Origin: Alkalilimnicola ehrlichii MLHE-1
GTDB taxonomy: Bacteria > Pseudomonadota > Gammaproteobacteria > Nitrococcales > Halorhodospiraceae
Length of the DNA: 32,000 nucleotides
Direction: 5' to 3'
Assembly (NCBI RefSeq): GCF_000014785.1
Contig: NC_008340.1
Location: forward strand, 780,001 to 812,000
This document shows, piece after piece, positions 9,573 to 18,995 of this stretch (the first letter of the stretch is position 1; each line of letters begins with the position of its first letter). The translations under genes and the position numbers were made by a program. The notes below the pieces were generated by a model. It searched no databases, had not been told where the DNA came from, and saw only the letters and a program-made list of their open reading frames with translations.

Positions 9573-10982
9573 ATGTCGCAACCCAGTGTGCTCATCGTGA
9601 CCACGGACCAGGAGTTCAGCCGGCGCCGCTGCCTGCTCCTGCGCGAGGCCGGGTTCCAGCCCATCGGCGTTTCCGACTACACCCACGCCCAGCGGCTGCT
9701 GGAGCGGCGCAGCCTGGCGCTGGTGATCGTGCAGGGGGGTGCCGGGGCCTGCCAGTGGCGGCAGCTCGCCCAGTTGCCCTCGGCGCCGCCGCTGGTGCTG
9801 CTGGCCCCCCGGCCTTCGGTGGAGGAGGCCAAGCAGGCGCTGCGTGCCGGTGCCGCCGAGTACCTGGCCGAGGGCTGCTCCTCCCTGGAGCTGGTCAACA
9901 CGGTGCGCCGGCTGGTCGGGCGCGAGCAGGACCTGGTGGCCCGCGACCCCCGTTCCCGCGAGGTCTACCGCATGGCCCGACGGGTGGCCCAGAAGGACGT
10001 GAGCGTGCTGATTACCGGCGAGTCGGGCACCGGCAAGGAGATGCTGGCCCGGCACATCCATGAGCACTCCGGGCGCGCCGATGGGCCCTTTGTGGCGGTC
10101 AATTGCGCGGCCATCCCCGAACAGATGATCGAGGCGGTGCTGTTCGGATTCGAGAAGGGGGCCTTCACCGGCGCCCACCGCAGCCACGCCGGTAAATTCG
10201 AGCAGGCCCAGGGGGGCACGCTGCTGTTGGACGAGGTCTCGGAGATTGATACCGGGCTGCAGGCCAAGCTCCTGCGGGTGCTGCAGGAGCGGGAGATCGA
10301 GCGCCTCTGCGGCAGCGAGAGCATCCCGCTGGACGTCCGGGTGCTGGCCAGCAGCAACCGCGACCTGCGTGAACAGGTGGCCGCCGGCCGCTTCCGCGAG
10401 GACCTCTACTACCGGCTTCACGTCTTCCCGCTGCACCTGCCGCCACTGCGTGAGCGCCTGGACGATGTGTTGCCGCTGGCGGAGGCCTTCATCGCCAAAC
10501 ACGCCGGATTGGGCCCCGAGGGTGCCCGGCTGGACGACGCCGCCCGCAGCCGCCTGCTGGGTCACGACTGGCCCGGCAATGTGCGCGAGCTGGAGAACGT
10601 CATCCAGCGCGCCATGATCCTGGCGGACGAGGCCCGGATCAGCGCCGACGACCTGGTGATCGAACCGGTGCCGGCCGCCCCCGCCCGCCAGGCCGCCCCG
10701 GTGCAGGGGGGCGCCAATGAGCCGGCGGCACCCGCGGACAGGGGGAACGGCGATGGCCGGCCGAAGGATGGGGCCTCCCCCACCCTGGGCGATAACCTGC
10801 GCGAGCGGGAGTTCCGCCTGATCATGGACACCCTCCGGGCCTGCCGTGGCAACCGTAAGCAGGCCGCGGAGCAGCTGGGCATCTCCGATCGCACCCTGCG
10901 TTACCGGGTGGCCCGGTTGCGCAAGGAGGGCTTTCACGTGCCCTCGAAGGCGGGCGCGGAATATGCGTACGGCCAGGCGTGA
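9573..10982 (+). CDS. fleR: Sigma54-dependent transcriptional activator, FleR/FlrC-like, with a degenerate receiver domain
   Basis: GESGTGKEMLARHIHEHSGRADGPFVAVNCAAIPEQMIEAVLFGFEKGAFTGA...LDEVSEIDTGLQAKLLRVLQEREIERL; HTH GNRKQAAEQLGISDRTLRYRVARLRKEG; lies just before fliE. Confidence 0.8.
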   Translation: MSQPSVLIVTTDQEFSRRRCLLLREAGFQPIGVSDYTHAQRLLERRSLALVIVQGGAGACQWRQLAQLPSAPPLVLLAPRPSVEEAKQALRAGAAEYLAEGCSSLELVNTVRRLVGREQDLVARDPRSREVYRMARRVAQKDVSVLITGESGTGKEMLARHIHEHSGRADGPFVAVNCAAIPEQMIEAVLFGFEKGAFTGAHRSHAGKFEQAQGGTLLLDEVSEIDTGLQAKLLRVLQEREIERLCGSESIPLDVRVLASSNRDLREQVAAGRFREDLYYRLHVFPLHLPPLRERLDDVLPLAEAFIAKHAGLGPEGARLDDAARSRLLGHDWPGNVRELENVIQRAMILADEARISADDLVIEPVPAAPARQAAPVQGGANEPAAPADRGNGDGRPKDGASPTLGDNLREREFRLIMDTLRACRGNRKQAAEQLGISDRTLRYRVARLRKEGFHVPSKAGAEYAYGQA

Positions 10983-11018
10983 GCCGCGCTTCCGCCAGGC
11001 ACTCAGGAGGCCGACACC

Positions 11019-11345
11019 ATGAAGGTCGACAACAGCTTTCAGATCAACCAGGCCCTGCAGCAACTGCGCGAGGTAGCGGCCCAGGCCGGGAACGAACCGG
11101 TATCGGGTCGCGGCGAGGCGCCCGGTGCCGACTTTACCCGCCTGATGCGCGAGGCACTGGAGAACGTGAACGGACTGCAGCAGACCTCCAGCGCCATGAC
11201 CGACGCGGTCGCCCGGGGCGAGGAGGTGAACCTCACCGAGGTGATGGTCGCGACGCAGAAATCGCGGGTGGCCTTCGAGGCCCTCAAGGAGACCCGCAAC
11301 CGCCTGCTGGAGGCCTATCAGGAGGTCTCCAACATGCAGGTCTAG
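11019..11345 (+). CDS. fliE: Flagellar hook-basal body protein FliE
   Basis: DFTRLMREALENVNGLQQTSSAMTDAVARGEEVNLTEVMVATQKSRVAFEALKETRNRLLEAYQEVSNMQV. Confidence 0.95.
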   Translation: MKVDNSFQINQALQQLREVAAQAGNEPVSGRGEAPGADFTRLMREALENVNGLQQTSSAMTDAVARGEEVNLTEVMVATQKSRVAFEALKETRNRLLEAYQEVSNMQV

Positions 11346-11395
11346 GCACCGCGGTAGCGGGATCTTGACGGCGTTTTGACGGAACGGGGAAGGCA

Positions 11396-13138
11396 ATGGC
11401 TGAGGCAAGCCAGGCATTGACGGAGAGTGAGGGCGGCGGCCGCGCCATCGCCGAGCGCGGTAGTGCGGGGCGCACCGGTGCGGGCACCGCCGGTCGCATT
11501 CCGGGCATGGACCAATTGGAGGGCCTCTTCGGCGGCCGGCAGAACGTGATGCGCCTGGGGCTGGCGGTGGTGCTACTGTTCACCGTGGCCGCCGGGGTGT
11601 TGCTGTACCTCTGGGCGCAGGAGCCCAGCTACCGCACCCTGTTCAGCGAGCTGGACGATCAGGACGCCGCCGCCGTCATCGAGCAGTTGGAGGAGCAGGG
11701 CATCCCCTACCGCCTGGATGAGCGTACGGGAGCCGTGCGGGTGCCCTCGGATCAGGTCCACCCGGCCCGGCTGCAGTTGGCCGCCGAGGGGCTGCCCCGG
11801 GGCACCGGCTTTGGTTTCGAGATGCTGCAGGAGGACTCCGCCTTCGGCACCAGTGAGTTCATGGAAGGGGCCCGGTTCGACCGCGCCCTGGAGACCGAAC
11901 TGGCCCGTTCCATCGGCACCCTGCGCCAGGTGGACGCCGCCCGCGTCCACCTGGCCCTGCCCCGCGAGTCGGTCTTCGTCCGCGACCGCCGGCAGCCGAG
12001 GGCCTCGGTGGTGGTCAACCTGGCTCAGGGCCGGCGGCTGAACGATGAGCAGGTGGACGCCATCGTCCACATGGTGGCCAGCAGCGTGCCGGATTTGGCC
12101 CACGAGAACGTGAGCGTGGTGGATGAGCGCGGCCGCCTGCTCACCCGCGACGAGGGCCGCGGGCTGGCCAGCACCGCCGGTCAGTTCCAGTACAAGACCC
12201 AGGTGGAAGAGACCTACGTCCGTCGTATCGAGGACCTGCTGGCGCCCCTCGTTGGCCGCAACCGGGTCCGGGCCCAGGTCAACGCCAGCCTGGACTTCTC
12301 CGAGCAGCAGCGCACCGAGGAGCTCTACGACCCGGACAGCCGGGTGATCCGCAGCGAGGCCCTGCAGGGCCGCCGCACCCAGCAGGGGGCCGACGCGGCC
12401 ATGGGCGTGCCCGGCGCGCTCACCAACCAGCCCCCGGGGGCCGGGCAGTTGGACGGCGAGGAGGCGCCGGAGAACCCGCCGCCGGTGGACATCAGCTCCT
12501 CCGAGACCCGCAACTACGAGATCAGCCGCACCCTGCGCCAGGTCCGCGACCCCATCGGCAGCATCCAGCGGGTGTCGGTGGCGGTGGTGGTGGACGAGCG
12601 CATCACCACCGACGAGGAGGGCAACACAGTGCGCGAACCGTTGTCGGACGAGGAGATGGACCGTATCAACGCCCTGGTGCAGGAAGCCGTGGGCTTCGAT
12701 GCCGCGCGCGGTGACAGCGTCAATGTGGTCAACGCCGCCTTCTTGGAAGAGGAGCCGGTGGAGGCGATGCCGCCGGTGCCGCTGCTGGAGCGCGAGTGGG
12801 TCCGCGAGCTGATCCGCTTTGCCATTGCCGCATTGGCCTTCATCGCCCTGCTGCTGTTCGTGGTGCGGCCGATGATCAAGGGCATGCAGCGTCAGCGCGA
12901 CCAGGCGCTGCGCGCGCCTGCCTCGGAGGAGCAGGCACGCCTGGCCCAGCAGGGCGGTGGCGGGGGCGCGGCGCAGCTCGCCGGGCCGGACGCCAACGAA
13001 CAGGCACTGCTGGCGGGCGTTCAGCACAAGCCCTACGAGGCCAAACTGGAGGCCGCCAAGAAGCTGGTGAATGACGAGCCGGAGCTGGCGGCGAACGTGA
13101 TCAAGTCCTGGCTGGCGGAAGACGATGGCAAACGATAG
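11396..13138 (+). CDS. fliF: Flagellar MS-ring protein FliF
   Basis: YRTLFSELDDQDAAAVIEQLEEQGIPYRLDERTGAVRVPSDQVHPARLQLAAEGLPRGTGFGFEML...TSEFMEGARFDRALETELARSIGTLRQVDAARVHLALPRESVF. Confidence 0.97.
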   Translation: MAEASQALTESEGGGRAIAERGSAGRTGAGTAGRIPGMDQLEGLFGGRQNVMRLGLAVVLLFTVAAGVLLYLWAQEPSYRTLFSELDDQDAAAVIEQLEEQGIPYRLDERTGAVRVPSDQVHPARLQLAAEGLPRGTGFGFEMLQEDSAFGTSEFMEGARFDRALETELARSIGTLRQVDAARVHLALPRESVFVRDRRQPRASVVVNLAQGRRLNDEQVDAIVHMVASSVPDLAHENVSVVDERGRLLTRDEGRGLASTAGQFQYKTQVEETYVRRIEDLLAPLVGRNRVRAQVNASLDFSEQQRTEELYDPDSRVIRSEALQGRRTQQGADAAMGVPGALTNQPPGAGQLDGEEAPENPPPVDISSSETRNYEISRTLRQVRDPIGSIQRVSVAVVVDERITTDEEGNTVREPLSDEEMDRINALVQEAVGFDAARGDSVNVVNAAFLEEEPVEAMPPVPLLEREWVRELIRFAIAALAFIALLLFVVRPMIKGMQRQRDQALRAPASEEQARLAQQGGGGGAAQLAGPDANEQALLAGVQHKPYEAKLEAAKKLVNDEPELAANVIKSWLAEDDGKR

Positions 13139-14129
13139 CAAGCTCAAGGGCACCGACCGCGCGGCGGTCTTCATGATGAGCCTGGGGGAGGATGAGGCCG
13201 CCAACATCATGAAGCATCTGGGCCCGCGCGAGGTCCAGCGTCTGGGTCAGAGTATGAGCGGCCTCGAGCAGGTCTCCCGAGACGACGTGGACGCCGTGCT
13301 GACCTCCTTTGTCGGTAAGGTCCAGGAGCAGACCGCCCTGGGCATCGGCACCAACGACTATGTGCGCTCGGTGCTGAACAAGGCCCTGGGCGAAGAGAAG
13401 GCCGGCGGCATTATCGACCGGATCCTGATGGGCGGTTCCACCCAGGGGCTGGATCAGCTCAAGTGGCTGGATCCGCGCACCATCGCCGAGATGATCCGCC
13501 TGGAGCATCCGCAGATCATCGCCATCGTGCTGGCCTACCTGGAGTCGGACCAGGCCGCGGAGGTGCTCGATTCGCTGTCCGAGCGGGTGCGCCACGATGT
13601 GCTCATGCGCGTGGCCACCCTGGACGGCATCCAACCGGCGGCGCTGAAGGAGCTGGACGAGATCATGGAGCGGCAGTTCTCCGGTCAACAGCGGGTGAAG
13701 TCCTCCAGTATCGGCGGGCTGCACGCCGCCGCCAGCATTCTCAATAACCTGGACACCAGTACCGAGAACACCATCCTCGATCACATCCGCGACTTCGATG
13801 TCGAGCTGGCGGAAAAGATCCAGGAGCTCATGTTTGTCTTCGAGGACCTGCTCGAGGTGGACGACCGGGCGATCCAGACCATCCTGCGCGAGATCAGCAC
13901 CGAGCAGCTGGTGTTGGCGCTCAAGGGCGCCGACGAGCAGCTCAAGGACAAGATCATGAGCAACCTCTCGCGCCGCGCCGCGGAGATGCTGGCCGACGAC
14001 CTGGAGACCATGGGACCGGCGCGTATCAGCGATGTGGAGAACGCCCAGAAGGAGATCCTGGCGGTGGCCAAGCGACTGGCCGACGAGGGCCAGATCGTGC
14101 TCGGTGGCGGCGGCGAGGAGATGCTCTGA
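13125..14129 (+). CDS. fliG: Flagellar motor switch protein FliG
   Basis: DRAAVFMMSLGEDEAANIMKHLGPREVQRL...LIRLEHPQIIAIVLAYLESDQAAEVL...FVFEDLLEVDDRAIQTILREISTEQLVLALKGAD. Confidence 0.97.
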   Translation: MANDSKLKGTDRAAVFMMSLGEDEAANIMKHLGPREVQRLGQSMSGLEQVSRDDVDAVLTSFVGKVQEQTALGIGTNDYVRSVLNKALGEEKAGGIIDRILMGGSTQGLDQLKWLDPRTIAEMIRLEHPQIIAIVLAYLESDQAAEVLDSLSERVRHDVLMRVATLDGIQPAALKELDEIMERQFSGQQRVKSSSIGGLHAAASILNNLDTSTENTILDHIRDFDVELAEKIQELMFVFEDLLEVDDRAIQTILREISTEQLVLALKGADEQLKDKIMSNLSRRAAEMLADDLETMGPARISDVENAQKEILAVAKRLADEGQIVLGGGGEEML

Positions 14130-14154
14130 TGGCTGAACGGCGGGAGCAGGCGGC

Positions 14155-15042
14155 ATGAACGACAAGACCCGGCACAAGACCGGCGCGGCGGGCGAGGGCG
14201 CTGAGGCCGGCCGCGGCCGGGTACGGATCATCCCCGCCGAGGCGGCCGGCGAGACCTTCGCCCGCTGGGCGGCGGCGCCGAAGCCGGAGCGAGGCCAGGC
14301 CCCGGAACGGCCGGAGGCAAGCCAGCGTGCAAGTGGTGGGCAGCGGGACTACGCCGGCTTCCGCAAGCCGCAGCGCCGCGAGGCCGCGCGCATGCCCACC
14401 GCGGCGGATATTGAGGCGCTGCAGCAGCAGGCCTGGGACGAGGGCTACCGGGCCGGCGAGCGGGCCGGCCGCGAGGCCGGTTACGCCGAGGGCCACCGGG
14501 AGGGGCTGGAGGCCGGGCAGCGCGAGGGCCACGCCGCGGGCTACCAGGCCGGCGAGCAGGCCGCGCACCGGCTGGTGGAGCGGATGGACGGGCTGGTGCG
14601 CCAACTGGACCGGCCATTGGAGCAGATGGACGAGGAGGTGGAGCAGGCGCTGGCGGAGCTGGCCATGCACCTGGCCCGGCAGGTGATCTACCGCGAGCTG
14701 CGCATCCAACCCGGTGAGATCGTGCGCCTGATCCGCGAGGCCGTGGGATTGCTGCCGGTGGGCGCCCGCAACGTGGAGGTGCACCTGCACCCGGAAGACG
14801 CCCGCTTTATCCGCGAGGCCCTGAGCGCCGATGGCGGGGGCGAACAGGCGTGGCGGCTGGTGGAGGACCCGGCCATCAACCGTGGCGGCTGCCGGGTCAG
14901 CACGGAGACCTCGCATATCGACGCCACCCTGGAGCATCGTCTGGCCCAGTTGGCGCAACAGGTGCTGGGCAACGGCCGTGACGCTCAGGGCGAGGACGGC
15001 GATGGCACGGATCGTAACGCAGAGGCTGGTCGCCATGAGTGA
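14155..15042 (+). CDS. fliH: Flagellar assembly protein FliH
   Basis: [42 protein letters not shown] (FliH GxxxG repeats); [47 protein letters not shown]. Confidence 0.92.
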   Translation: MNDKTRHKTGAAGEGAEAGRGRVRIIPAEAAGETFARWAAAPKPERGQAPERPEASQRASGGQRDYAGFRKPQRREAARMPTAADIEALQQQAWDEGYRAGERAGREAGYAEGHREGLEAGQREGHAAGYQAGEQAAHRLVERMDGLVRQLDRPLEQMDEEVEQALAELAMHLARQVIYRELRIQPGEIVRLIREAVGLLPVGARNVEVHLHPEDARFIREALSADGGGEQAWRLVEDPAINRGGCRVSTETSHIDATLEHRLAQLAQQVLGNGRDAQGEDGDGTDRNAEAGRHE

Positions 15043-16411
15043 GGCCAAGGCCCCGCCCCGCAGCAATCGCTGGGCCGAGCATCTGCGTCGGCGCCGGCAG
15101 CGGGTGCGTGCCCCGCGGTTGGTGGTGGAAGGCGTGTTGCGCCGTATGGTCGGCCTGACCCTCGAGGCCGAGGGCTGCCAGGCGCCACTGGGCAGCCGCT
15201 GCACCCTGCGCACCCAGCAGGACCGGGATGTGGAGGCCGAGGTGGTCGGCTTTGCCGGCGACAAGCTCTACCTGATGCCCACCGGCGAGCTGCACGGCAT
15301 GATGCCCAACGCCCGGGTGGTGCCCCGGGGCGGCACCGCCGAGGCCGGTATGGGCCCGGGGCTGCTGGGCCGGGTGCTGGATGGCGGTGGTCGCCCGCTG
15401 GATGGTAAGGGCCTGCTGGATCACAGCGAATACCGCAGCCTGGTGGGCGAGGGCATCAACCCCCTGGCCCGCGCCCCCATCAAGGCGCCGCTGGACGTGG
15501 GCGTGCGCGCCATCAACAGCCTGTTCACCGTGGGGCGCGGCCAGCGCATGGGACTGTTCGCCGGCTCCGGCGTGGGCAAGAGCGTGCTGCTGGGCATGAT
15601 GACCCGCTACACCAACGCCGATGTGGTGGTAGTGGGGCTGATCGGCGAGCGGGGCCGGGAGGTCAAGGAGTTCATCACCGACATTTTGGGTGACGAGGGG
15701 CTGGCCCGGTCCGTGGTGGTGGCCTCACCGGCGGACAAATCCCCGCTCATGCGCCTGCACGGGGCCATGTTGGCCACCAGTATCGCCGAGTACTTCCGCG
15801 ACCAGGGCCTGAATGTGTTGCTGCTGATGGACTCGCTCACCCGCTACGCCCAGGCCCAGCGCGAGATCGGCCTGGCCATCGGTGAGCCGCCCACCACCAA
15901 GGGCTATCCGCCGTCCGTGTTCGCGCTGCTGCCGCGGTTGGTGGAGCGGGCCGGCAACGGGCCGGACGACGGCGGCTCGATCACCGCCTTCTACACCGTG
16001 CTCACCGAGGGCGACGATCAGCAGGACCCCATCGCCGATGCCGCCCGCGCCATCCTTGATGGTCACCTGGTGCTGTCGCGCCAGCTGGCCGACGCCGGCC
16101 ACTACCCGGCCATCGATATCGAGGCCTCGGTGAGCCGGGCCATGATCAACATCACCGAGCGGGGCCACCAGCGCCTGGCGCAGCGCTTCCGCCAGCTCTG
16201 GTCCACCTACCGGGAGAACCAGGACCTGATCAGCGTCGGGGCCTACCAGAAGGGCAGCGACCCGCGGGTGGACGAGGCCATTGCCATCATGCCGCGGCTG
16301 CGCGCCTTCCTGCAGCAGGATGTCTCCACGGCGGTGAACTTTGGCGAAAGCCTGGAGCAGCTCTTCGGATTGCTCAGCGATCAGGCCCAGACCGGGGGCG
16401 GCAATGGCTGA
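15035..16411 (+). CDS. fliI: Flagellum-specific ATP synthase FliI
   Basis: Start refined to ATG 15035, overlapping the fliH stop: [20 protein letters not shown]...; [45 protein letters not shown]...[45 protein letters not shown]. Confidence 0.96.
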   Translation: MSEAKAPPRSNRWAEHLRRRRQRVRAPRLVVEGVLRRMVGLTLEAEGCQAPLGSRCTLRTQQDRDVEAEVVGFAGDKLYLMPTGELHGMMPNARVVPRGGTAEAGMGPGLLGRVLDGGGRPLDGKGLLDHSEYRSLVGEGINPLARAPIKAPLDVGVRAINSLFTVGRGQRMGLFAGSGVGKSVLLGMMTRYTNADVVVVGLIGERGREVKEFITDILGDEGLARSVVVASPADKSPLMRLHGAMLATSIAEYFRDQGLNVLLLMDSLTRYAQAQREIGLAIGEPPTTKGYPPSVFALLPRLVERAGNGPDDGGSITAFYTVLTEGDDQQDPIADAARAILDGHLVLSRQLADAGHYPAIDIEASVSRAMINITERGHQRLAQRFRQLWSTYRENQDLISVGAYQKGSDPRVDEAIAIMPRLRAFLQQDVSTAVNFGESLEQLFGLLSDQAQTGGGNG

Positions 16412-16472
16412 CAGGGTGAATTGTCGGAGTCATAATAAGGGTTAAGTCGGCGCCCGCCGACGGGGAGGCGAG

Positions 16473-16919
16473 ATGAACCGTTCCGCACGCCTGCAACCGG
16501 TGCAACGCCTGGCCGGCGACAAGGCCGACGAGGCCGGCCAGCGCCTGGCCGAGGCCCGTCAGGATCTCGACAGCCAGCGCCAGCAGCTGCGCCAACTGTT
16601 GACCTTCCGCCAGGAGTACGCCGAGCAGTTGCAGGGACAGAGCGGGGGCATCAACGCCGCGCGCCTGCGCGACTACAATGCCTTCATATCCCGCATCGAT
16701 CAGGCCATCCAACAGCAGCACCAGGTGGTGGCTCAGGCCAAACGCCGGGTGAACGCGCAGCGCCAGGACTGGCTCGAGGCCTACAGCCATTCCCGGGCGG
16801 TGGGCCGGGTGGTGGACCGCTTCCGCGACGAGGAGCGCCGCGAGCAGGAGCGGCGCGAGCAGTTGCAACTGGACGAACTGGCCCGGCGCACCTACAGCAA
16901 CCCGCTACTCGGCTCCTGA
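16473..16919 (+). CDS. fliJ: Flagellar export protein FliJ
   Basis: 148-aa coiled-coil protein directly after fliI: KADEAGQRLAEARQDLDSQRQQLRQLLTFRQEYAEQL...RIDQAIQQQHQVVAQAKRRVNAQRQDWLEAYSHSRAVGRVVDRFRDEER. Confidence 0.88.
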   Translation: MNRSARLQPVQRLAGDKADEAGQRLAEARQDLDSQRQQLRQLLTFRQEYAEQLQGQSGGINAARLRDYNAFISRIDQAIQQQHQVVAQAKRRVNAQRQDWLEAYSHSRAVGRVVDRFRDEERREQERREQLQLDELARRTYSNPLLGS

Positions 16920-16937
16920 GCCGGAACAAAGGCCTTA

Positions 16938-17326
16938 GGGATCGCCACGTCGCTGCGCTCCTCTTGAAGAACTTGACTGTGCCGGCAGCGGAAGGTCGCC
17001 CCCACCGTCACTGCGAGGAGGCGAAGCCGACGCGGCAGTCTACCGCCCTGGATCGCCACGGGCCTTCGGCCCTCGCGATGACGGGGGGAGGGGCCACCCC
17101 GTCACTGCGAGGAGGCGAAGCCGACGCGGCAGTCTACCGCCCTGGATCGCCACGGGCCTTCGGCCCTCGCGATGACGGGGGGAGGGGCCACCCCGTCACT
17201 GCGAGGAGCGAAGCGACGCGGCAGTCTACCCCTCTGGATCGCCACGGGCCTTCGGCCCTCGCGATGACGGGGAGGAGGTGGCGGCCCTCGCGATGACGGG
17301 GGAAAGCCTTCGGCCCTGGCGATGCC
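16938..17326 (+). repeat. Palindromic repeat array 3: three complete copies with a 94-bp period plus half-copies at both ends
   Basis: Units at about 17007-17082, 17101-17176 and 17195-17268 (GTCACTGCGAGGAGGCGAAGCCGACGCGGCAGTCTACC...CTCGCGATGAC); solitary arms at ~16938-16966 and ~17283-17326. Confidence 0.9.
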
Positions 17327-17415
17327 AGGGATGCCCCGTTCCTCGTTGATTCGGGCCCGCGTAGCGAGGAGTGGGGCTCACGATGACGCGTGCGCCGTCC
17401 CCGGGTAGACGGCAT

Positions 17416-17431
17416 TGGCCCCGATATTGCT
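17416..17431 (+). promoter_or_regulatory. Candidate sigma54 promoter of fliK
   Basis: TGGCCCC-GATA-TTGCT followed by TTT; correct -24/-12 spacing, about 75-90 bp upstream of the fliK start. Confidence 0.6.
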
Positions 17432-17503
17432 TTTCTTCCCGTAACGGACAATACCGGCAACCACGCCGGTCCACCACGGTACTGAGACTGGAGAGCACCC
17501 ACC

Positions 17504-18631
17504 GTGACCACACCTGTCGACATGCCGCGGGCCGAACCGGCGGCGGGCCCGCCTGATCTGCTGCAGATTCTGCTGGATCAGGCCGCCGAGGGCGACGGCG
17601 AGTTCATAGACGCGCTGCTGGCAACGGACGCCTTTGGTGACCTGGACAAGGCCGAGGCCAAGACCCTGTTGGAGGATCCGGACCGGCTGGCCGGGTGGGC
17701 CGAGGAGTTGCCGGAGGGTGGCAAACTGCTGCCGCTGGTGTTGGCGGCCCTGGCGGAAAAGCAGGCCGATGGCGAGGCCCTGGAGGCGCGCAGCGGTCGG
17801 GGTGCCGAGGCACGGCGGGCCGGTGAGATACCAGCACTGCCGCTTTGGGCCCTGCACGATCTGATCCCCCGGGACGAGGACCCGGCGGAGTTGCTGAACC
17901 TGCTGCAGACCACCGGGCGCATGCTGGACCCGGTGGGGGCCGGCGAGGGGTTGCGCGACGCGGTGGCCGATGCCATGAAGGGGCGCACGGCGACCAGCAC
18001 CGAGCGGGCCGAGGCCCTGCTGCAGCAGACCCTGGCCCAGGAGAAGGGCGAGCGTGAAGGCGAAGGGCGAAACCCGGCCCAGCCGCAGGCCCAGGCCCGT
18101 GCCGATGCAGGCATCGGTTTCTCCGGGTTGCTGGCGGCGGGTGAGTCCAACGGCACCTCCCGGCCCGGTGCCCAGCCGATTCAACAGGCACTGCCCGGTT
18201 TCCAGCTCGCCACCCCGGCCAATCAGCCGGGCTTTGGCCGGGCGCTGGGTGAGCGCATGGTGATGATGATCCAGCAGCAGATCCAGCAGGCGCGTATTCG
18301 CCTGGATCCGCCGGGGCTGGGCCCGCTGGACATCAATATCGCTACCCAGGATGAGCGCACCACCATCCAGATAACCGCCCAGCAGGCTAGTGCCCGCGAG
18401 GCAGTCGAGTCCGAACTGCCGCGGCTGCGCCAGATGCTCGCCGAGCAGGGGCAGGGCGAGGTGGACGTGGATGTCTCGGAGCGTCAGGACGAGGGCTTCT
18501 GGGCGCAGGGCCAGGCGGCCGGGCTGTTAAATGCCGGCGGCCCGGGTGACCCCGAGGCCGGTGACGGGGCAGCGGCCGACGCCCCGGCGCAACGGCTGCA
18601 ACCACAGGGCCTCGTCGACCATTACGCCTGA
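17504..18631 (+). CDS. fliK: Flagellar hook-length control protein FliK
   Basis: C-terminal ALGERMVMMIQQQIQQARIRLDPPGLGPLDINIATQDERTTIQITAQQASAREAVESELPRLRQMLAEQG matches the FliK C-terminal domain (LxPPxLGxLxI). Confidence 0.88.
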   Translation: MTTPVDMPRAEPAAGPPDLLQILLDQAAEGDGEFIDALLATDAFGDLDKAEAKTLLEDPDRLAGWAEELPEGGKLLPLVLAALAEKQADGEALEARSGRGAEARRAGEIPALPLWALHDLIPRDEDPAELLNLLQTTGRMLDPVGAGEGLRDAVADAMKGRTATSTERAEALLQQTLAQEKGEREGEGRNPAQPQAQARADAGIGFSGLLAAGESNGTSRPGAQPIQQALPGFQLATPANQPGFGRALGERMVMMIQQQIQQARIRLDPPGLGPLDINIATQDERTTIQITAQQASAREAVESELPRLRQMLAEQGQGEVDVDVSERQDEGFWAQGQAAGLLNAGGPGDPEAGDGAAADAPAQRLQPQGLVDHYA

Positions 18632-18642
18632 CGCGCCCCGCC

Positions 18643-18845
18643 GTCACTGCGAGGAGCGAAGGGGCGCGGCAGTCCAAGCCGGGGTGTGGATCGCCGCGTC
18701 GCTGCGCTCCTCGCGATGACGGGGGTGGTGTCTCCCCCGCCGTCGGCGTGGTGCCTCCCCTCCCCCACCGTCACTGCGAGGAGGCGAAGCCGACGCGGCA
18801 GTCTACCGCTCTGGATCGCCACGGGCCTGCGGCCCTCGCGATGAT
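18643..18845 (+). repeat. Palindromic repeat cluster 4: two copies (18643-18720 and 18770-18845)
   Basis: Same ~74-78 bp element; the first copy begins 12 bp after the fliK stop codon. Confidence 0.88.
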
Positions 18846-18877
18846 GGGGGGAAGCCTTCGGCCCCTGTCCTGCGCCG

Positions 18878-18905
18878 CTTGAACTCCCGCGCCTTGCCCC
18901 AATCT
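18878..18905 (+). promoter_or_regulatory. Candidate heat-shock (sigma32) promoter upstream of htpX
   Basis: CTTGAAC-N12-CCCCAATCT, resembling CTTGAAA-N(11-16)-CCCCATNT. Confidence 0.45.
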
Positions 18906-18995
18906 AAGCCCTAGGATAATTTGAACGGCCGCTCCGGCACCCCCCTCGCCGGAGTGCGGTTTGGGCTGCTTACATAACCGGGAGATCAAGCGACG

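Noticed and set aside
9531-15264. Further long minus-strand ORFs (9531-11417, 11573-13210, 13101-14231, 14026-15264)
   Set aside because: All are antisense shadows of fleR, fliE, fliF, fliG, fliH and fliI, with Leu/Arg/Gly/His-rich artefactual compositions.
16964-17296. 110-aa and similar ORFs in repeat array 3, and those at 18658-18822 and 25236-25917
   Set aside because: Translations of the palindromic repeat; no RBS, no family, and the same peptides appear wherever the repeat occurs.
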